Below, piece after piece: positions 45,639-55,534 of a stretch of 64,000 nucleotides of DNA (positions are counted from its first letter, which is position 1; each line of letters opens with the position of its first letter). The DNA is from a virus: positions 12,941 through 76,940 of IMG/VR virus record IMGVR_UViG_3300021432_000008; one strand, 5' to 3'. A model generated the notes under the pieces. The model saw only the letters and a program-made list of their open reading frames with translations, was not told where the DNA came from and made no database searches. Position numbers and translations under genes: made by a program.

Positions 45639-46439
45639 TTAATCTCCGGCGATGGCAGCCTGGGTGCGGCCGAACGAAACGCAGGCGGCAACCGCGTCTG
45701 CCTCGGCCTCTTCGCGCGTGTCGTAAGTGCGGAAAGCGCCAGCCTCGTTTGCCGTTCCTGTCGTCAGCAAACGGTAGATCACGGTCGGGAGGACGGCCTC
45801 GGCGTCGTCGCCTCCCATGAACCAGCGGACGGGGACCGCCCTGTTGTCCATGCCCGACGATGCCGGATAGCCGGAAGGGCTCCGATCCGACAGCCTCACT
45901 TCCTCGATCGGGTTGTGCCGGAATAGCTCCCCCGCCGTCTCCATGAACGTCGCCAGCGGCAGGGTGACAGCGGCGACGAAGCCGCGGCGGAAGAAGCAGT
46001 ATGGCTCTTTCGACAGCTGCTCAATAGCCTCCTTGCGCTTACCCCAATACATCGAGTGCGACCGCCAATCTTGTATCGACGATGTATGGTGGACTCTGTC
46101 CACCAGTGCCTCAGTTCGCCTGAGCAGATCGCAGTAAGCACAATCCCCGCACGGATGGGGTTTCTGGTCCGGCCACACCTGCCGAAACGCCTTTGCCCTG
46201 CTGCACTCGTCGCCCAGCCGCGCCATCTCCAGCCCCAGCCGGATGAACTCCGCCCTCTCCGGCTGCCCGTTGTCCTCCAGCCAGTCGCACAGGATCAGGC
46301 GCGGAGCATCGTCCGCCGTGTCAGCGCAGATGCCCGCGATGAACGCCTGACAGACGGGATCGGCGCACCAGGCGTCGCGAGCGGCGCGAATGCTCCGGTC
46401 CATTGAGCCAGCCAGGTTCTTCAGTGCGTCGATGGCCAC
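45639..46439 (-). CDS. TIGR02996 domain protein
   Basis: FIAGICADTADDAPRLILCDWLEDNGQPERAEFIRL; FRRGFV. Confidence 0.85.
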   Translation of the reverse strand: MAIDALKNLAGSMDRSIRAARDAWCADPVCQAFIAGICADTADDAPRLILCDWLEDNGQPERAEFIRLGLEMARLGDECSRAKAFRQVWPDQKPHPCGDCAYCDLLRRTEALVDRVHHTSSIQDWRSHSMYWGKRKEAIEQLSKEPYCFFRRGFVAAVTLPLATFMETAGELFRHNPIEEVRLSDRSPSGYPASSGMDNRAVPVRWFMGGDDAEAVLPTVIYRLLTTGTANEAGAFRTYDTREEAEADAVAACVSFGRTQAAIAGD

Positions 46440-46443
46440 GGGA

Positions 46444-46752
46444 TTACATCTCTACCTCTACCTCAGAGCAAGACGCCACCGGCAGCGCCACCCGCCGATG
46501 ATGCGAGCACGCCGGCCAGTTCTCGGGAAGCTGGAGGTAGTACGGTATCGTCGTGAAGCCCTCCCTGGTCATGTTTATCACTACCTTCACTTCCAGCCGG
46601 CACTGACCTTGCTTCGGCACGCTCAGGTCCGCCGCCTTGCCGTTGGGCAGCGGCGCGCCCTCAACCCTGACAGCGGACAGGTCGATAGCCCCAACCGCCG
46701 GCGTCGGGTTGGGAAAGAAATGCTTGCAGGTCGCACAGGTTGTCTCGGACAT
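46444..46752 (-). CDS. Cys/His metal-binding hypothetical protein
   Basis: CATCKHF...GQCR...ACSHH. Confidence 0.6.
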   Translation of the reverse strand: MSETTCATCKHFFPNPTPAVGAIDLSAVRVEGAPLPNGKAADLSVPKQGQCRLEVKVVINMTREGFTTIPYYLQLPENWPACSHHRRVALPVASCSEVEVEM

Positions 46753-46773
46753 GGTTCACCTTCTTCCAGATGC

Positions 46774-47319
46774 TCATCCGCCATTCCTTCTTGATCCGTC
46801 CTTGATCGTTGAAATCTGCTTGGTCGGCACATTATTGACGAGAGCGAGCCCGTGACGAGCAAGCTTGTCAATAACCTCATTGAGGCAGGTATATCCGAAG
46901 TTCTTCAAAGCAAGGAGGTCATCGGCACTTTTGGAAACCAAATCATCAACAGTGATAATGCCCATCCGGTTGAACGCTTTTCTGGCCCGAACAGAGAACG
47001 GACCAACAGAAGCAACGTGGCGTTGGTCATCTCCAATTGCCGCGCGAGCCACATCGGCAAGCCTCTCCCTGATACTAGCCTCACGCCGAATCGCTTCCGG
47101 TGGCCAGTGCCAGGTTCCAACGGCGCTGCCTTGGTCGAACGGCACATTCTGCAACGCCACAGGCGGCCCGAAACGGCAGAACACGGTCAGGCTCATCCGT
47201 GACTCCATCCAGTGGTCGATGCCGGTGATGATCGCGGGCAACGGGTCCTTGAACCGCTCGTTCGGCTGATCGCTGTTCGGCATGTAGCGGACGATGGTTC
47301 CGATGGTTGGCAGTGGCAT
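46774..47319 (-). CDS. protein with an RNA polymerase alpha-CTD-like domain
   Basis: FSVRARKAFNRMGIITVDDLVSKSADDLLALKNFGYTCLNEVIDKLARHGLAL. Confidence 0.85.
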   Translation of the reverse strand: MPLPTIGTIVRYMPNSDQPNERFKDPLPAIITGIDHWMESRMSLTVFCRFGPPVALQNVPFDQGSAVGTWHWPPEAIRREASIRERLADVARAAIGDDQRHVASVGPFSVRARKAFNRMGIITVDDLVSKSADDLLALKNFGYTCLNEVIDKLARHGLALVNNVPTKQISTIKDGSRRNGG

Positions 47320-47329
47320 ACAGTCTCCC

Positions 47330-47764
47330 TTACCTCTTCCACAATGTTAACATCCCCGGCACCACCTTGTTCGTGGTCCCGCCGAAAGGTCCGCCCACCG
47401 GCCGCTCCATCTCGCGGTCTTGCGGCGCCATCGCCACGAAGTTCCAGCCCTCGGCAATCAGCTCCGTCATCACGGCCCCCAGATCCGCCGTGGAGGGGAC
47501 CCAGCGCTCCAGGCCAGCGGAGGCGCCGTTCTTCGGCTGGTCGCGGATAGCGTCCACCAGCACCGGGTCCTCGACGCGCCGCAGGCTCGCGGTGGGCACC
47601 GTCGTTTCCTCAAGGTAGCCCTCCAGCCGGATCACCGTGTTCTCCCCTTCGGGGCGCAGGACCTCGGCGGGGCGGTAGCCCATGAGGACCTTGTCGCCGG
47701 GAGACAGGGCAGGATCAGACTTGCGAGGCTTGCGGGACATACGTGGTTTCTCTTGAACGGCCAT
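47330..47764 (-). CDS. hypothetical protein
   Basis: 144 aa between terL and the alpha-CTD gene. Confidence 0.6.
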   Translation of the reverse strand: MAVQEKPRMSRKPRKSDPALSPGDKVLMGYRPAEVLRPEGENTVIRLEGYLEETTVPTASLRRVEDPVLVDAIRDQPKNGASAGLERWVPSTADLGAVMTELIAEGWNFVAMAPQDREMERPVGGPFGGTTNKVVPGMLTLWKR

Positions 47765-47781
47765 TACTTGTTCCCGTTGGG

Positions 47782-49548
47782 TTACCTGATCATGCCGCCG
47801 TACTTTGACTGTCGCCCACCCCTTGCTTGATCTGCGTAGCGGAAATGCCCGTCGTCCGAAACGCGCGGCGATGGGGCGGCGGGCAGGCTGGAGGGAGCCT
47901 CGTAGGCGATGGGCGGGGCGTAGGCGAGGTTCAGGGCGTCCATGTCGTCGGGACTGAAGCCAAGACGTGCCTTCATGACCTGCTTCGGCTCGACCTCACA
48001 GTGACCACGGGCGTTGAGCTTCCACATGGGCGCCATCGCCTGCCCGCGCAGCGTCTCCAGGCTCGTCCGCGTCAGGTGCGACAGGTTGACGCCGAACTTC
48101 TTGCACAGGATGGCCGCCTCGAACCACAGCTCGCTCCGAGTATTGTCGTACATCGCCTGGTTGCGGGCTTGGGCGGAGGCGCGGACAGCAATGAAGTTGT
48201 AGGCGGACGCGCCGGCGGGCATCTTCGGATCGCCGCGAAGCGTGCCCGCCACGGTCGCCCCCATGCCGTCACCGTCATACTTGATGGGCAGTTCTTCGGC
48301 TCGCCACTTCGCCGCTTGCGGGTCCTTCAGGGCGTTGGCCTTCTCAGTCCACTCGTTCGCCAGCTGAATGCACCGCCCGATGGCCTGCGGAATGTCCCAG
48401 CCAGAGTGCCGCTCATGGTGCCGGGCGAACTTGCCCCAGCGCAGCACGATGGACGTGTAGTCGTCTCCCTGAAGGGCAATGTCCCAGCCGATCTGCGGGA
48501 GTACGCCCAGCGGGGCGATAAACGGTTCGGCACGGCAGGCGATCTGCCAGAGGTAGTCGCTCCAGACCCCGTAAAGACCCTGCGAGGGCCAGCAACCCAG
48601 GACCTTCGCCTGGAAGAGCGGGCCGGGGTGATACCAGCGGCCAGAGCCGGGTGGCCACTCGAAGTCTTCGGCCTGTCTCTCCTCGCCGTCAGACAACTCG
48701 TCGCACCAGTCCCCTATCCAGCCGTTGACCTGATGGAGCGACACAGCGGCCGGATAGGGTCTCACCTCTCCCTTCAGTTCCGCGTGGACGTTGGGATGGT
48801 CCAGGCACGAAAGGGTAATCGTCTGCCACTTGGGATTGCCGTCCACGTCGCGGGCGTTCTCCTCGATGTACGCCTGGCTGCTGGTGTCCAGCGGGTTCAG
48901 CGTCGAGATAAGGTAATGATTGCCGCCGGGATCGAACATGGAGTCTATGGCACGCCAGAACTCTGTCTCGACGGCAACCGATTCGTCGATGATGAAAAGC
49001 ATGTGCCGACGGTGCCGGCCGTGGAAAGCTGCCTCTTTGAAGGCCGTGTACCCCTTGGCCCAGTGCTCCTCCGATTCCCAGATGAGCGGCGCCTTCTGCC
49101 CGGAGAAGGGCAAGTCCAGGCCGACGCGCTTGGCGAGTGTACGAACTTCCGACCAGAGAATGTCCTCGACACTCTCCTTCGTCGGCGCCGTCGTGATGGT
49201 CCAGCCCTGCGGGTAGGCGCAGTAGTGCCAGACGATGAGACAGGCATCCCAGAAGCTCTTGCCGCATGAGTGCCCGCTCTTGACCTGTACGCGGTGTGGC
49301 GGACTCATCAGAGCATCGGCGATTCCTTCCTGCTCCTCGGTCGGTTCGACGTGAAGAACCTCCCGTATGAACGGAATCGGTCTACTCTGGTATTCCGTGA
49401 AGTCACTCTGCTGCTGTGCCACCAGCAGGCGCGTCAGTGGGCCCTCGCCCCACTGCGTCCGCATGGCGTCGTAGCACAGATTCACGAACGTCTGGTCGTA
49501 GGCTGTCAAGGAACTTCTCCAGCATGTCCTTCGCATCCTTGCTGTCAA
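47782..49548 (-). CDS. terL: terminase large subunit (start uncertain; overlaps terS)
   Basis: Walker A SGHSCGKS, Walker B FIIDES, nuclease motifs IGWDIA and SPDDMDAL. Confidence 0.93.
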   Translation of the reverse strand: MTARMRRTCWRSSLTAYDQTFVNLCYDAMRTQWGEGPLTRLLVAQQQSDFTEYQSRPIPFIREVLHVEPTEEQEGIADALMSPPHRVQVKSGHSCGKSFWDACLIVWHYCAYPQGWTITTAPTKESVEDILWSEVRTLAKRVGLDLPFSGQKAPLIWESEEHWAKGYTAFKEAAFHGRHRRHMLFIIDESVAVETEFWRAIDSMFDPGGNHYLISTLNPLDTSSQAYIEENARDVDGNPKWQTITLSCLDHPNVHAELKGEVRPYPAAVSLHQVNGWIGDWCDELSDGEERQAEDFEWPPGSGRWYHPGPLFQAKVLGCWPSQGLYGVWSDYLWQIACRAEPFIAPLGVLPQIGWDIALQGDDYTSIVLRWGKFARHHERHSGWDIPQAIGRCIQLANEWTEKANALKDPQAAKWRAEELPIKYDGDGMGATVAGTLRGDPKMPAGASAYNFIAVRASAQARNQAMYDNTRSELWFEAAILCKKFGVNLSHLTRTSLETLRGQAMAPMWKLNARGHCEVEPKQVMKARLGFSPDDMDALNLAYAPPIAYEAPSSLPAAPSPRVSDDGHFRYADQARGGRQSKYGGMIR

Positions 49549-50086
49549 TCAGCCCCGCGTGCTGCGCCAGCAGCTTCAGGGCAGCGTTTTTGTCCCACAG
49601 GCGAATCTTCTGCTTCTTGGCCATCCGACGAAGTTTGCGAGCCGGCTTTACTTTCTTCTTCGGTCGATCTTCTTCTTTCTGCTCCTCTTGTTCGGGCTCC
49701 GGCACGTACTCGAACTCGGCTTCCGTCGAAGAGATCGCTCTGGTGCCGAGCGGGTTGTCTGGATCGCTGATCCTCCCCTCTTCGTCCACGACGAAGCGGG
49801 TAACGTCGCTGGTGGCGATGATCCTTGCCTCGCGAAGAACCTCCCAGTTGCGTATCTTGGCCTGCTCGATCTGCTCCTGTTCCCCCTTCCGTATGGCCTC
49901 CAGAACGTAAGGGTTGGCAAGGATTTCGGATGCTCCGGACTTTACCGCGTCGTAGGTCTTCCCCTTGTACCCGGCTCTCTTGTAGGCAGCGACGCCGTTC
50001 AGGTCGAGAAGGTACTCGAACACGAAACGCCGTTGGCGGTCGGTGAGCCCGTCGTCTGGATCGGGTGTAGTTTTCTTGCTTGCCAT
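49403..50086 (-). CDS. terS: terminase small subunit
   Basis: LTDRQRRFVFEYLLDLNGVAAYKRAGY...ASEILANP...DKNAALKLL. Confidence 0.92.
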   Translation of the reverse strand: MASKKTTPDPDDGLTDRQRRFVFEYLLDLNGVAAYKRAGYKGKTYDAVKSGASEILANPYVLEAIRKGEQEQIEQAKIRNWEVLREARIIATSDVTRFVVDEEGRISDPDNPLGTRAISSTEAEFEYVPEPEQEEQKEEDRPKKKVKPARKLRRMAKKQKIRLWDKNAALKLLAQHAGLIDSKDAKDMLEKFLDSLRPDVRESVLRRHADAVGRGPTDAPAGGTAAE

Positions 50087-50095
50087 TCACTGCCT

Positions 50096-50320
50096 CTACG
50101 CCTCCTTCTCCAGCTTCTTGCACACCCGCAGCGCCTCGGCCTCCGTGTACACGTCGCCGCCCTTGAGCCAGAGCGTCGGTCCCTTGCTCGGCCGGGCGTG
50201 GATCATGAAACCGAACGCTCGGAGTTGGACGTCGTTCAGTAGAGCATCGCGCGAACAGCGGTTGGTCCGACTCTGTTGAGGGCGAGTCTCGTCGATCACT
50301 TCTTGTACGGGGAAACCCAT
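50096..50320 (-). CDS. hypothetical protein
   Basis: GGAGG RBS. Confidence 0.55.
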   Translation of the reverse strand: MGFPVQEVIDETRPQQSRTNRCSRDALLNDVQLRAFGFMIHARPSKGPTLWLKGGDVYTEAEALRVCKKLEKEA

Positions 50321-50331
50321 GCGTACCTCCT

Positions 50332-50553
50332 TCACGCTCTTTCCGTTCGGGCGCCCGTCATGAATCTCCTGAATTCGTCCGCCATTTCAGGAGAGAAGTT
50401 TGCCTTGTCGGCGTCCGTCAATTCCTCGAACTTCTTGTACCGACCGCAGCCCACGCCGGCGACAAAGGCGAAAAGCTGCCCGCATCGGCACTGAGAGATG
50501 CCAGGCTGTACGTCGAAACAGTCTTTTGTTCGATGAATACACTTCTCGTCCAT
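50332..50553 (-). CDS. small Cys-containing protein
   Basis: AGGAG RBS; starts MDEKCIH. Confidence 0.5.
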   Translation of the reverse strand: MDEKCIHRTKDCFDVQPGISQCRCGQLFAFVAGVGCGRYKKFEELTDADKANFSPEMADEFRRFMTGARTERA

Positions 50554-50563
50554 CTGCTCTCCT

Positions 50564-51178
50564 TCACTGAGGTTTGACTGGAAAGCCCACTTGCCCAAAG
50601 GGCGCCACCGTCCCGCCCCCCACCACCACGCACGACGCCGTCCACGGGCCGGGCGAGCTGAGATCCCCCAGGAACGTCCACGCCCCACCGCTGGTCCACA
50701 CACCGTTGCCGACGCTGTTGTTGAGCGAGAAGTGGTCGGCGTCGATCTTCGTGATGACCCACGTTCCGTTCGCGGCCGTGTTGCCCAGCACCCCTGTGAT
50801 AGTGACCACCTGATTCGTCAGCCGGCCGTGGGCAACGCTGGTGACGACGATGGGGCTGGCGTTGCTGGCGGCGGTGATGTTGCCCGTTATCGGCGCGGTC
50901 GCCGTCGAGCCGGCCAGTGTCGTGTATGCGGCCACCGTGATGTAGGCGAACCCGGTCGGGTTGTTGGGGTCGGTGGCGCTGTTGTAGGGCGCCGGGGCCG
51001 CGATGACGCTCGGCGTGACGCTGAACGACGTACCATCGGGACGGATGAAGGTTGCCGTTGGTGTGAGGCCAGTAATGTCCCACACGGCACCGTTCCTGGT
51101 CGGGAGGAACAAAACGGTGAAGGTGCCCCCGGTGACGGGAGACGAAGATGCAAGCACGGTTCCAAACGGCACGGGCAT
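50564..51178 (-). CDS. virion protein with a beta-barrel (FCCH-like) fibre module
   Basis: ITAASNASPIVVTSVAHG...VTITGVLGNTAANGTWVIT...HFSL. Confidence 0.65.
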   Translation of the reverse strand: MPVPFGTVLASSSPVTGGTFTVLFLPTRNGAVWDITGLTPTATFIRPDGTSFSVTPSVIAAPAPYNSATDPNNPTGFAYITVAAYTTLAGSTATAPITGNITAASNASPIVVTSVAHGRLTNQVVTITGVLGNTAANGTWVITKIDADHFSLNNSVGNGVWTSGGAWTFLGDLSSPGPWTASCVVVGGGTVAPFGQVGFPVKPQ

Positions 51179-51348
51179 CAGGGTGTTCCTGTATCGACCA
51201 CAAACGCGATCATCTGTGCATAATCCACGACAAATGCCACCGTCCCCAGCGTGGGGCTGGCGGGGCTGGCGGCGCCGGCAAAGAGCAAGACGAGCATGGT
51301 TAAACCTCCAGGTTCAGGATTTCGACGATCGGGAACATTGCAGCCCTC

Positions 51349-52233
51349 TCAGGACATCACAAGAACTCTGCCGCCGTGCGTGCAGACCAGGCATTGATTC
51401 AGCGTGGGCAGGAACCACGTACTCCCCTCGATGCTCGCTATCAGGCCCGTGTTCAGGTCCGTGAGGATGCCGTTATCGACCTTGCTGAACGTGTTGGTGC
51501 CGCGGCCAAAGTACACCCGGCCGTCCGTGTCCGTACACCAGGAGCGACAGGCACTCGAAAAGCTGTTGAGAATCGCCGTCAGGTTGGCCGTTCCCCCCGA
51601 CGCCCCGTTGGCGCTGGCCCCTGTCCCGGCAACCATCTCCCAGCGGTGCTGTTTGCGATACCAGCGCATGAGCAGATCACCGGAGCCATACGCGGCCGGA
51701 GTCGTGAGGCCGACGAGGAAGATGTTCGGATCGTTGGTCTTGCCCACGCCCTGGACGGTGTGCGTGCCGCCCGGAACGGCGTAATACGTACCCTGCTGGG
51801 CGTTCAGGTCGAGCTGATACACCTTTCTCCCCGAGACGTTCCAGGCGAACAGCCGCGACGGATTGGCCGGGTCGAGCAGTACCCCATTCCAGCCGATGGT
51901 AAAGGTGTCCAGGTTGTTCAGCGTTGGCGTCAAGAGCGTTGCCGCTGGCGAGCTGATGGGCGAGGAATAGAGGGCCCCCGAGTCGGCCAGGATGTAGAGC
52001 GTGAGGCCGTCTGCCGAAATAGCGATGCCGGAGGGTTTGGTGATGCCAGTGATCGGCCAGCTTCCGCCGGTGACGGCCCCGGTGGCAATGGTGATCTGGT
52101 ACACCTTGCCCGTCGTTACCTTGTCCGCGACGTAGGCGAACGTGTCGGTGGCGTCGGCCACGATCTGGTTCATCGTCCCAGCCGCGTCGGGCTGGACCGT
52201 GCGAACAACAGTGCCTGCGAGTGGCGTGCTCAT
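51349..52233 (-). CDS. beta-propeller (NHL/YncE-like) protein
   Basis: FAYVAD, PSGIAISADGLTLYI and TDGRVYF blade motifs; ATGA coupling. Confidence 0.65.
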   Translation of the reverse strand: MSTPLAGTVVRTVQPDAAGTMNQIVADATDTFAYVADKVTTGKVYQITIATGAVTGGSWPITGITKPSGIAISADGLTLYILADSGALYSSPISSPAATLLTPTLNNLDTFTIGWNGVLLDPANPSRLFAWNVSGRKVYQLDLNAQQGTYYAVPGGTHTVQGVGKTNDPNIFLVGLTTPAAYGSGDLLMRWYRKQHRWEMVAGTGASANGASGGTANLTAILNSFSSACRSWCTDTDGRVYFGRGTNTFSKVDNGILTDLNTGLIASIEGSTWFLPTLNQCLVCTHGGRVLVMS

Positions 52234-54014
52234 GTTCCCGGTGCCTGTACAACCTGCGAAAAGTGTGCGCAAAAATCGAACAAAGGGTGGCCGTCTGGTC
52301 CAATGCTCGGATCGCTGTCGCGCAGGTTGCCCCGCGCTGCTCCGATGGTCGAGTAGCTGTTCTGGTTGATGTTGGTGCCCCAGGCGTAGCGGAGCACCTG
52401 CGAGCCTGCCGAGCCGGTCGGAGTGCCGGACAGGGTGAACACGATGTCGATGCCGTTCCCCTGGATGACGGCGTTGGTGATCGTGGGCGGCGAGGCGCTG
52501 TCGTCCCAGAAGGAAAAGCCGCCGTTGACCATTCCGGCCGGGCCCGTGAAGGTTACGCTCGGCAGACTGGTGTACCCGGTGCCGGGCGCCGTGATGGTAG
52601 GCACGGCCATCGTGCCGTTGCCGGTGAAGTTCGCCGTGGCCGTCGCTCCGCTTCCCGCTCCGCCGGAGAAGGTGACCGTGGTCCCGGCCGGGTAGCCGTT
52701 GCCGGCGGCGGTCAGTGTGACGGAGTTGACGCCCCAGGTGATGGTGAACGTGCAGGTGCCGACGCCCGCCCCGGAGGTCGATCCCTGGCTCACGGGGTTG
52801 GCGGGCAGGACGGTGTACGATCCGGCGGTCTGGATCGTCACTCCCGTCACCACGCCCGATGTAACGCTGGACACCTTCAGCACGATCGCGGTCGTGAACG
52901 CCCCGCCGGTCAGGGTGATGGTGTCGTTGACCGCGAACCCGCTGGTGCCCCCGGCCACGACCGCGGCGGCTACGCACTTCATGGTCGCGGTGCCCGTGGC
53001 ACTGACGCCCATCGGCCAGTTATTTTGCAGGACCGCCGCGTAGTCGAAGACGAGTGGCGCAACGGGCACGTTGAACCTCGTGGTGATGCTCGTGCCGGAG
53101 ATGACGGATCGCAAAGGGTAGATGGGCTGCCAGAGGATGCCCTGGAAACGATCCTGCACGATCGCCTTGCCGTACTCCGCTCCAGCCCACTTGCTCACGC
53201 ACGGGGCACGGTGGATATTGTCGCTGTTGCCCTGCTGGTGGTATTTCGAGTGGATGACCTTGATGGCTTGCGGCGCGGCGAGTGATCCGAGCAGTTCCGC
53301 CCATGCCGTGGATATGCCGCTCGTAAAAGCGGGCGGAAAGTCGATCTGTTGCGTCATGAAGAACGGGATCGTGCCCCTCTGGCCGGTGATGGCCTGCACA
53401 TCCGCTTGCCAGTTCGCCTGAATCGTTGCCAGGTCGGCCTGATACGTGGCGCTGTTGAAGCTCTGGTCCGCTTCGCCGTGCTCCCAGCAGACGCAAAGGA
53501 AGACATACTTGATCCCTCTCTTCCGGCACCAGTTCATGGCCGCCGTAACGCATGCCAGGGCGTTGATGTAGGGCGGCTGGCCCTTGTTGATGCCGGTCAT
53601 CCGCTCGGCGTCGATGGCCGTGCCAGAAAAGAGGAACTGCTTGCCGGTCTTCTGCTCCAGGTATTGCGCCAGCGCGGTACACATGGTCTGCGCGTGCGAC
53701 TGACCGCCGACCGGGTTGCCGTCGTCCACCTCGACGAGAGGAACAAGCGTGCTCAGAACGCTCAGGGAAACAGACACGGCGACGTTGCCCACGTAGGGCT
53801 GTATGCCGACGCGCACGCCACCGCTGAACATGAGGGAGCGCAGCCCGTAGCTGACGGGGTTCAAACACGGCCCTTGGTCGCCGCCCCAGTTCTGGGTGTC
53901 GTAGGTGCCGGTGGCGAGACTCTGCCCCATCCAGTGAATGTGGTAGAGCGTGTCGTCGCGCGTGCCCGAACGCATGATCCCCGACGAGCGGAAGCAGTCC
54001 CGGCGAGTAACCAC
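52230..54014 (-). CDS. SGNH/SASA-type carbohydrate O-acetylesterase fused to fibre repeats
   Basis: GQSL, WEHGEAD and DNIH catalytic blocks; GxGY..P.VTF repeats. Confidence 0.8.
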   Translation of the reverse strand: MVTRRDCFRSSGIMRSGTRDDTLYHIHWMGQSLATGTYDTQNWGGDQGPCLNPVSYGLRSLMFSGGVRVGIQPYVGNVAVSVSLSVLSTLVPLVEVDDGNPVGGQSHAQTMCTALAQYLEQKTGKQFLFSGTAIDAERMTGINKGQPPYINALACVTAAMNWCRKRGIKYVFLCVCWEHGEADQSFNSATYQADLATIQANWQADVQAITGQRGTIPFFMTQQIDFPPAFTSGISTAWAELLGSLAAPQAIKVIHSKYHQQGNSDNIHRAPCVSKWAGAEYGKAIVQDRFQGILWQPIYPLRSVISGTSITTRFNVPVAPLVFDYAAVLQNNWPMGVSATGTATMKCVAAAVVAGGTSGFAVNDTITLTGGAFTTAIVLKVSSVTSGVVTGVTIQTAGSYTVLPANPVSQGSTSGAGVGTCTFTITWGVNSVTLTAAGNGYPAGTTVTFSGGAGSGATATANFTGNGTMAVPTITAPGTGYTSLPSVTFTGPAGMVNGGFSFWDDSASPPTITNAVIQGNGIDIVFTLSGTPTGSAGSQVLRYAWGTNINQNSYSTIGAARGNLRDSDPSIGPDGHPLFDFCAHFSQVVQAPGT

Positions 54015-54026
54015 GATTGCCTCCTT

Positions 54027-55526
54027 TCAGACGGGTTGGAGCCAGATGGACACCGAGGCACCCTGACCTGTCAGAGTGTCAATCAAGATGATCACGCTAT
54101 CCGAGCCGTCCGCTTCAAGGATAAAATCCTGCTGGAGCGCCGCCCCGGAGCCCGAGCACAGGGGCAGCTGCAAGGGTGCCCCCATGTGGTACTGGTTGGC
54201 GTTCAAATCGTTCAGCCAGACCGGCACGATGGTCAGCGTGGGGATCGTGCGCAGGTCGGTGAGCGTCACTTGCACCTGACAGCGCAGGCGCGAGAAGCCA
54301 GCGGCGTTGTAGGGCGTGAGGCTGGCGGTCACGTAGGCGGTATTGGCCTGGAAGTTCTGAGCGCTCGTCTGTTGGCCCGTTCCCGGCACGCGAATGTCCA
54401 CCGTGCCCGCGCCGCCGGGTCCTCCCGAGCCCACGGTGCCCACGGCCGTGATGGTTGTTCCACCAGCTGCTCTCTGCGTCTCGGTGATTCGACCCACCCA
54501 CTTCGGAGCGGTATCCACGCTCATGAATATGTCGTAGGTCGTCGCTCCAGGCACGGCGCCGCCGCCGGGTACGGTGGCCTGGGGGATCGTCAGGCGTATC
54601 GCGTGCGTGCTGTTGCCGTCGTTGGCCGTGAGCTGGCTGGCGACGGCGGTCGCGATGGTAACGCCCTGAGTGTTGGAGACAGCATAGGCGGCCCGGTACG
54701 TCGTGGCGGGCGCCAGCGTGCCAGCGGTGGTCACGTCGGCCACGGTGGGAGCGACCGTCGTCGAGGGCTGCGTGATCAGGTCCACGCCGGTGATGGCGCT
54801 GCGGTGCAAGACCTGCGTGCCGCGGCTGGCGTTGGTCTTTACCAGACCGATGACGTTGCCGCCGGCGGGCAGGGCGTTGGTAATCGCGGTGACGGCCGAT
54901 ACCGTCGTCACCGTGGTGATCGTCCCTGAATCGACAATGACGTGACCGATGACCTGCGTTCCTGCCGCCAGGCCGACCGTCTGCGCGGCGGCGATGTTGA
55001 CCGTGCCGATGACCTTCGTCGTTTCGGCGTTGAGTGCAGCCTGGACGGCGAACGTGCCCGTGTTGGTCACGGCGATGGTCTGGGCGGCGGATATGCCCAC
55101 CGTCCACGTCCCTGATTGCGTTGCCGCCACGGTGGCCAGGGGTGCCAGGGTCGTGAGCTGTGCCGCCGTCAGCACCACGGGCACCGAGGCTGCCGCCAGC
55201 GCCTGACCGAGTGCGGGTAGCTTCGCGTCAACCGAGGCGAGGTGTCCGCCGCCCTCGAGAGCCAGGAGGGACGTGTTCAGGTTCGTGCCGGCGTTGGCTT
55301 GAACAGCTGATAGTGGTGTCAGTGTCGTCATCTGGGCAGCCGTCAGCACTACCGGGATGGAGGCCGCCGCAAGCTGCTGACCGGCCACGAGGATAACTTC
55401 CGGGCTGCCGTCCGCCCCACCGCCGACGTCGATCAGGATGGCCTGCGTCTGCGCGCCGCTGTTGGCCGTCTTCGCGATGGTGCGAACCGGGATGCCGGTG
55501 CCAGGAAGTGTCACGTTGTCGGCCAT
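54027..55526 (-). CDS. virion fibre-like protein
   Basis: Thr/Ala/Val-rich; duplicated GQxLAAASxPVVLTAAQ motif. Confidence 0.65.
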   Translation of the reverse strand: MADNVTLPGTGIPVRTIAKTANSGAQTQAILIDVGGGADGSPEVILVAGQQLAAASIPVVLTAAQMTTLTPLSAVQANAGTNLNTSLLALEGGGHLASVDAKLPALGQALAAASVPVVLTAAQLTTLAPLATVAATQSGTWTVGISAAQTIAVTNTGTFAVQAALNAETTKVIGTVNIAAAQTVGLAAGTQVIGHVIVDSGTITTVTTVSAVTAITNALPAGGNVIGLVKTNASRGTQVLHRSAITGVDLITQPSTTVAPTVADVTTAGTLAPATTYRAAYAVSNTQGVTIATAVASQLTANDGNSTHAIRLTIPQATVPGGGAVPGATTYDIFMSVDTAPKWVGRITETQRAAGGTTITAVGTVGSGGPGGAGTVDIRVPGTGQQTSAQNFQANTAYVTASLTPYNAAGFSRLRCQVQVTLTDLRTIPTLTIVPVWLNDLNANQYHMGAPLQLPLCSGSGAALQQDFILEADGSDSVIILIDTLTGQGASVSIWLQPV

Positions 55527-55534
55527 GAGATCCT

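Noticed and set aside
8456-54929. Long + strand ORFs such as 8456-9994, 22900-25206, 28738-30447, 43902-45515 and 53349-54929
   Set aside because: Antisense shadows of real high-GC genes, with no recognisable motifs.
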